In this document: positions 37,501 through 38,812 of the stretch, one piece after another
Numbering within the stretch: position 1 is the stretch's first letter
Layout: each line of letters begins with the position of its first letter
Source: Verrucomicrobiota bacterium
Lineage (GTDB): Bacteria; Verrucomicrobiota; Verrucomicrobiia; Limisphaerales; SIBE01
Direction of reading: 5' to 3'
Assembly: GCA_040754135.1 (NCBI GenBank)
Contig: JBFMDG010000001.1
Location: 1-38,812 of the forward strand
Length of the DNA stretch: 38,812 nt
Position numbers and translations under genes: made by a program
The notes under the pieces: model-generated
The model's input: the letters and a program-made list of their open reading frames with translations, nothing else
What the model was told of the DNA's origin: nothing
The model's database searches: none

Positions 37501-38250
37501 GACTTCGCGCAAGCGGACGCCGCTGGTCTTTGTTTCGACCGCGGCAAACCGATCGGGTGGCGTGACGACGTATTGCCCTTCCACTTTTTTGATTTCAGGT
37601 CGTTGGATTCCTGGAGGCGCATCCTTGAATGTGTTTAATCGGTAATGGGCGACATACAACTCGAGATCGCCGTCTCCATCGATGTCTCCCATTGCCATGG
37701 AGGTCGCCCCAAATTGTCGCGCCAGACCGGAGTTTGTCATTTCAGTGAATTTTCCGGAGCCTTGATTAAGGAATAACCGGGTGCCGTTGCCAATGGAATT
37801 CACGATTAAATCCAAATCTGAATCTCCATCGACATCCGCAAGGAGAGCTCCGGTGGAAAACTGGCCGTCGCACGCTACACCTGCCATTTCAGTAACGTCT
37901 TCGAATTTCCAGTCGCCGCGATTTCGGAAGAGCGCATTGGAATTTTCCAATCCGCAAAAATAGAGGTCGCAAAGCCCATCGCCATCGACATCGCCTAAGG
38001 CGACGCCCGAGCCGTTTTCGAGAATTCTGTTTCTCGCGATGGTTGTTGTTGAAAGCCGGTTGGTGAACGCAATGCCAGTGACCTCCGTTGCGAGCAGGGT
38101 GAAGCCGGTCCTTCCCTCGGGAGGAACGCGCAGGTCGCGCCACCTGAATCCCTTTTCCTCATGCCACTCCGATGCTTCCGTCTGACAAAAGCTGAGCAGG
38201 CCTATTACGGTCCAGAGGGCCGTGATCCTCAGCGTGGTACCAATGGTCAT
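34558..38250 (-). CDS. Secreted CRTAC1-like protein, paralog of 24219..27950, with the same doubled FG-GAP/VCBS + ASPIC/UnbV architecture
   Basis: Collinear with the other copy (GDVDGDGLCDLYFCG..., GIGSRIKVAGGPVVQSQEMISGGRYLSCDD, C-terminal GVGAVLRLDFGD...FGSGYWSQNS). I chose ATG 38250 (MTIGTTLRITALWTVIGLLSFCQTEA) because it forms an ATGA overlap with the stop of the upstream gene. The track start at 38310 is GTG. Confidence 0.85.
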   Translation of the reverse strand: MTIGTTLRITALWTVIGLLSFCQTEASEWHEEKGFRWRDLRVPPEGRTGFTLLATEVTGIAFTNRLSTTTIARNRILENGSGVALGDVDGDGLCDLYFCGLENSNALFRNRGDWKFEDVTEMAGVACDGQFSTGALLADVDGDSDLDLIVNSIGNGTRLFLNQGSGKFTEMTNSGLARQFGATSMAMGDIDGDGDLELYVAHYRLNTFKDAPPGIQRPEIKKVEGQYVVTPPDRFAAVETKTSGVRLREVGEPDLLYVNKGQGRFGAISWTSGAFADEEGKPLVQPPRDWGLSVLFRDLNGDSFPDLYVCNDFFYSPDRIWLNENGRRFRALPRLALRHMSMSSMAVDVADIDRDGFDDIFVADMLSRDREARHRQRANIALMRDVPLPILDPEYRPEVIRNTLFWNRGDGTYAEISEMAGIAASDWTWSAVFMDVDLDGYEDLLITNGHEHDVLDADTLKETGRPGKTHEEHLADLQKFPRIDVPNLAFHNQGNRTFLDASEAWGFHLRGVSHGMALADLDQDGDLDVVINNMNSGAAIYRNDSPAARIAVRLKGSSPNTRGIGSRIKVAGGPVVQSQEMISGGRYLSCDDTLRVFAAGSATNDLTIEVRWRSGVRNVIQNAKPNRVYEIDETGTHVPADALKSDRPWFTDQSARLTHVHHENEFNDFERQPLLPHMQSRLGPSVCWFDFDGDGWDDLIIGAGRGGSLAACINDKKGGFKKLAQPPFDQPAIRDQAGIVAFAKTNGSSAILVASSNYEGRPENGSALRQIDLSTHQIEDLIADRDASIGPLALADFDADGDLDLFAGGNALPAQWPRSDVSRVYKFDGVRFQLDSKNTQALSGVGLVSGAVWSDLDADGFSDLILACAWGPVRLFRNHGGLLREATAESGLAEFTGWWNSVATGDFDGDGKLDIVAGNWGLNSPYRASSERPMHIFFGDFAGRGTMDIIEAESDATGRVSMPLRPLDVLGMILPEIQTRFPTHRAFSRATMPDLIGLLQKEPQELSANTLASMLFLNRDGKFQPVPLPFEAQCAPVFGLVVADFDGDGAEDIFLSQNLFGTHLELPRCDAGRGLCLRNRGSGAFDVISTGESGIRIDGEQRGSAASDFNQDGRVDIAVAQNAGATRLYENQQARPGLRVRLAGPPGNPSGVGAVLRLDFGDRLGSAREVQFGSGYWSQNSAVQVLATPRPPVRLHIKWPGGKMTSTPIPSSAREIALDPAGKLTPHRDH

Positions 38251-38812
38251 GGTCGCGATGGGCGAAGTTGATTTCGCAAAATGAGAACAGACGGCCCCGC
38301 GGTCTCCCACTCGCGCGCCAAAGCGGGCGGAACAGGACTGGGACCGCGAATATATGAACCCAACACAATATCGAGATCTCCGTCTCCGTCCAAATCACCG
38401 GCGTCCATGGTCAGCCAGCGGCCGGCGAGGCATCGGGAAAATGTCCCCGCGATGAATTTCAGGTTCCCTTGATTTTCCAGGTAAACAAAACTTTCTTCAG
38501 GCGAGTTCTGGTAATCGGGAAAAAATGAAATTGCCGCCACATCCAGATCTCCATCGCCATCGAAATCACGCGGCAACGCCTTGAACGCGCCGTTCAATGG
38601 ATAAAAGAATGATTCTTCAAACCGCGTGCCGCCGCGATTCAGGTAAATCCGTATCCCATGATATTTTTTCAAGGGCGAGGGATATTCTCCGTTGTCACCG
38701 TTCGTGACGATCAAATCGAGTTGGCCATCTTGATTGAAATCGGCCATTTCAAAGTAGGTGTGCCCGATCAACGGATGTTTTTGAAAAATGGTTTCCGATT
38801 TGAACTGGCCTT
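38247..38812 (-). CDS. 3' part of an FG-GAP/VCBS repeat protein (5' end lies outside the window)
   Basis: The frame stays open to the window edge (...GQFKSETIFQKHPLIGHTYFEMADFNQDGQLDLIVTNGD...), so the track start (TTG 38771) is not the real start. FG-GAP loops include ADFNQDGQLDLIV, RDFDGDGDLDVAAIS and GDLDGDGDLDIVLG. The TGA stop is at 38249..38247. Confidence 0.75.
   Translation of the reverse strand, partial: GQFKSETIFQKHPLIGHTYFEMADFNQDGQLDLIVTNGDNGEYPSPLKKYHGIRIYLNRGGTRFEESFFYPLNGAFKALPRDFDGDGDLDVAAISFFPDYQNSPEESFVYLENQGNLKFIAGTFSRCLAGRWLTMDAGDLDGDGDLDIVLGSYIRGPSPVPPALAREWETAGPSVLILRNQLRPSRP

Overview
GC-rich bacterial chromosomal window. Housekeeping genes (gatC-gatA, msrP, priA, a surA-like PPIase plus pdxA) are interleaved with very large secreted multidomain proteins. 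That style is typical of the PVC superphylum (Verrucomicrobiota/Planctomycetota-like), but this is inferred from protein styles only. Main points: (i) 125-600 holds about 4.4 copies of a 108-bp, hairpin-rich tandem unit in the divergent intergenic region upstream of gatC. (ii) 3718-11688 encodes a protein of about 2650 aa with an M36 (fungalysin-type) metalloprotease core fused to more than 10 adhesion or beta-sandwich modules, including an internally duplicated module of about 275 aa that I cannot name. (iii) 14205-17450 encodes a signal-peptide-bearing PEP-utilising/PPDK-like protein with the phosphohistidine swivel domain placed before the ATP-grasp domain. (iv) 17802-19205 encodes a TIM-barrel enzyme with a histone-H1-like Lys/Ala/Pro tail. 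(v) 24219-38812 is a same-strand cluster of three FG-GAP/VCBS proteins (two of them doubled FG-GAP + ASPIC/UnbV, CRTAC1-like), a membrane-anchored SGNH-esterase/TPR protein and a 1348-aa lectin/PA14/2xCBM-like protein. This cluster is my best candidate for an undescribed extracellular system. I saw no rRNA, tRNA, CRISPR array, integrase/transposase or recognisable defence genes. All domain calls are by-eye motif recognition on the supplied translations; no searches were run.
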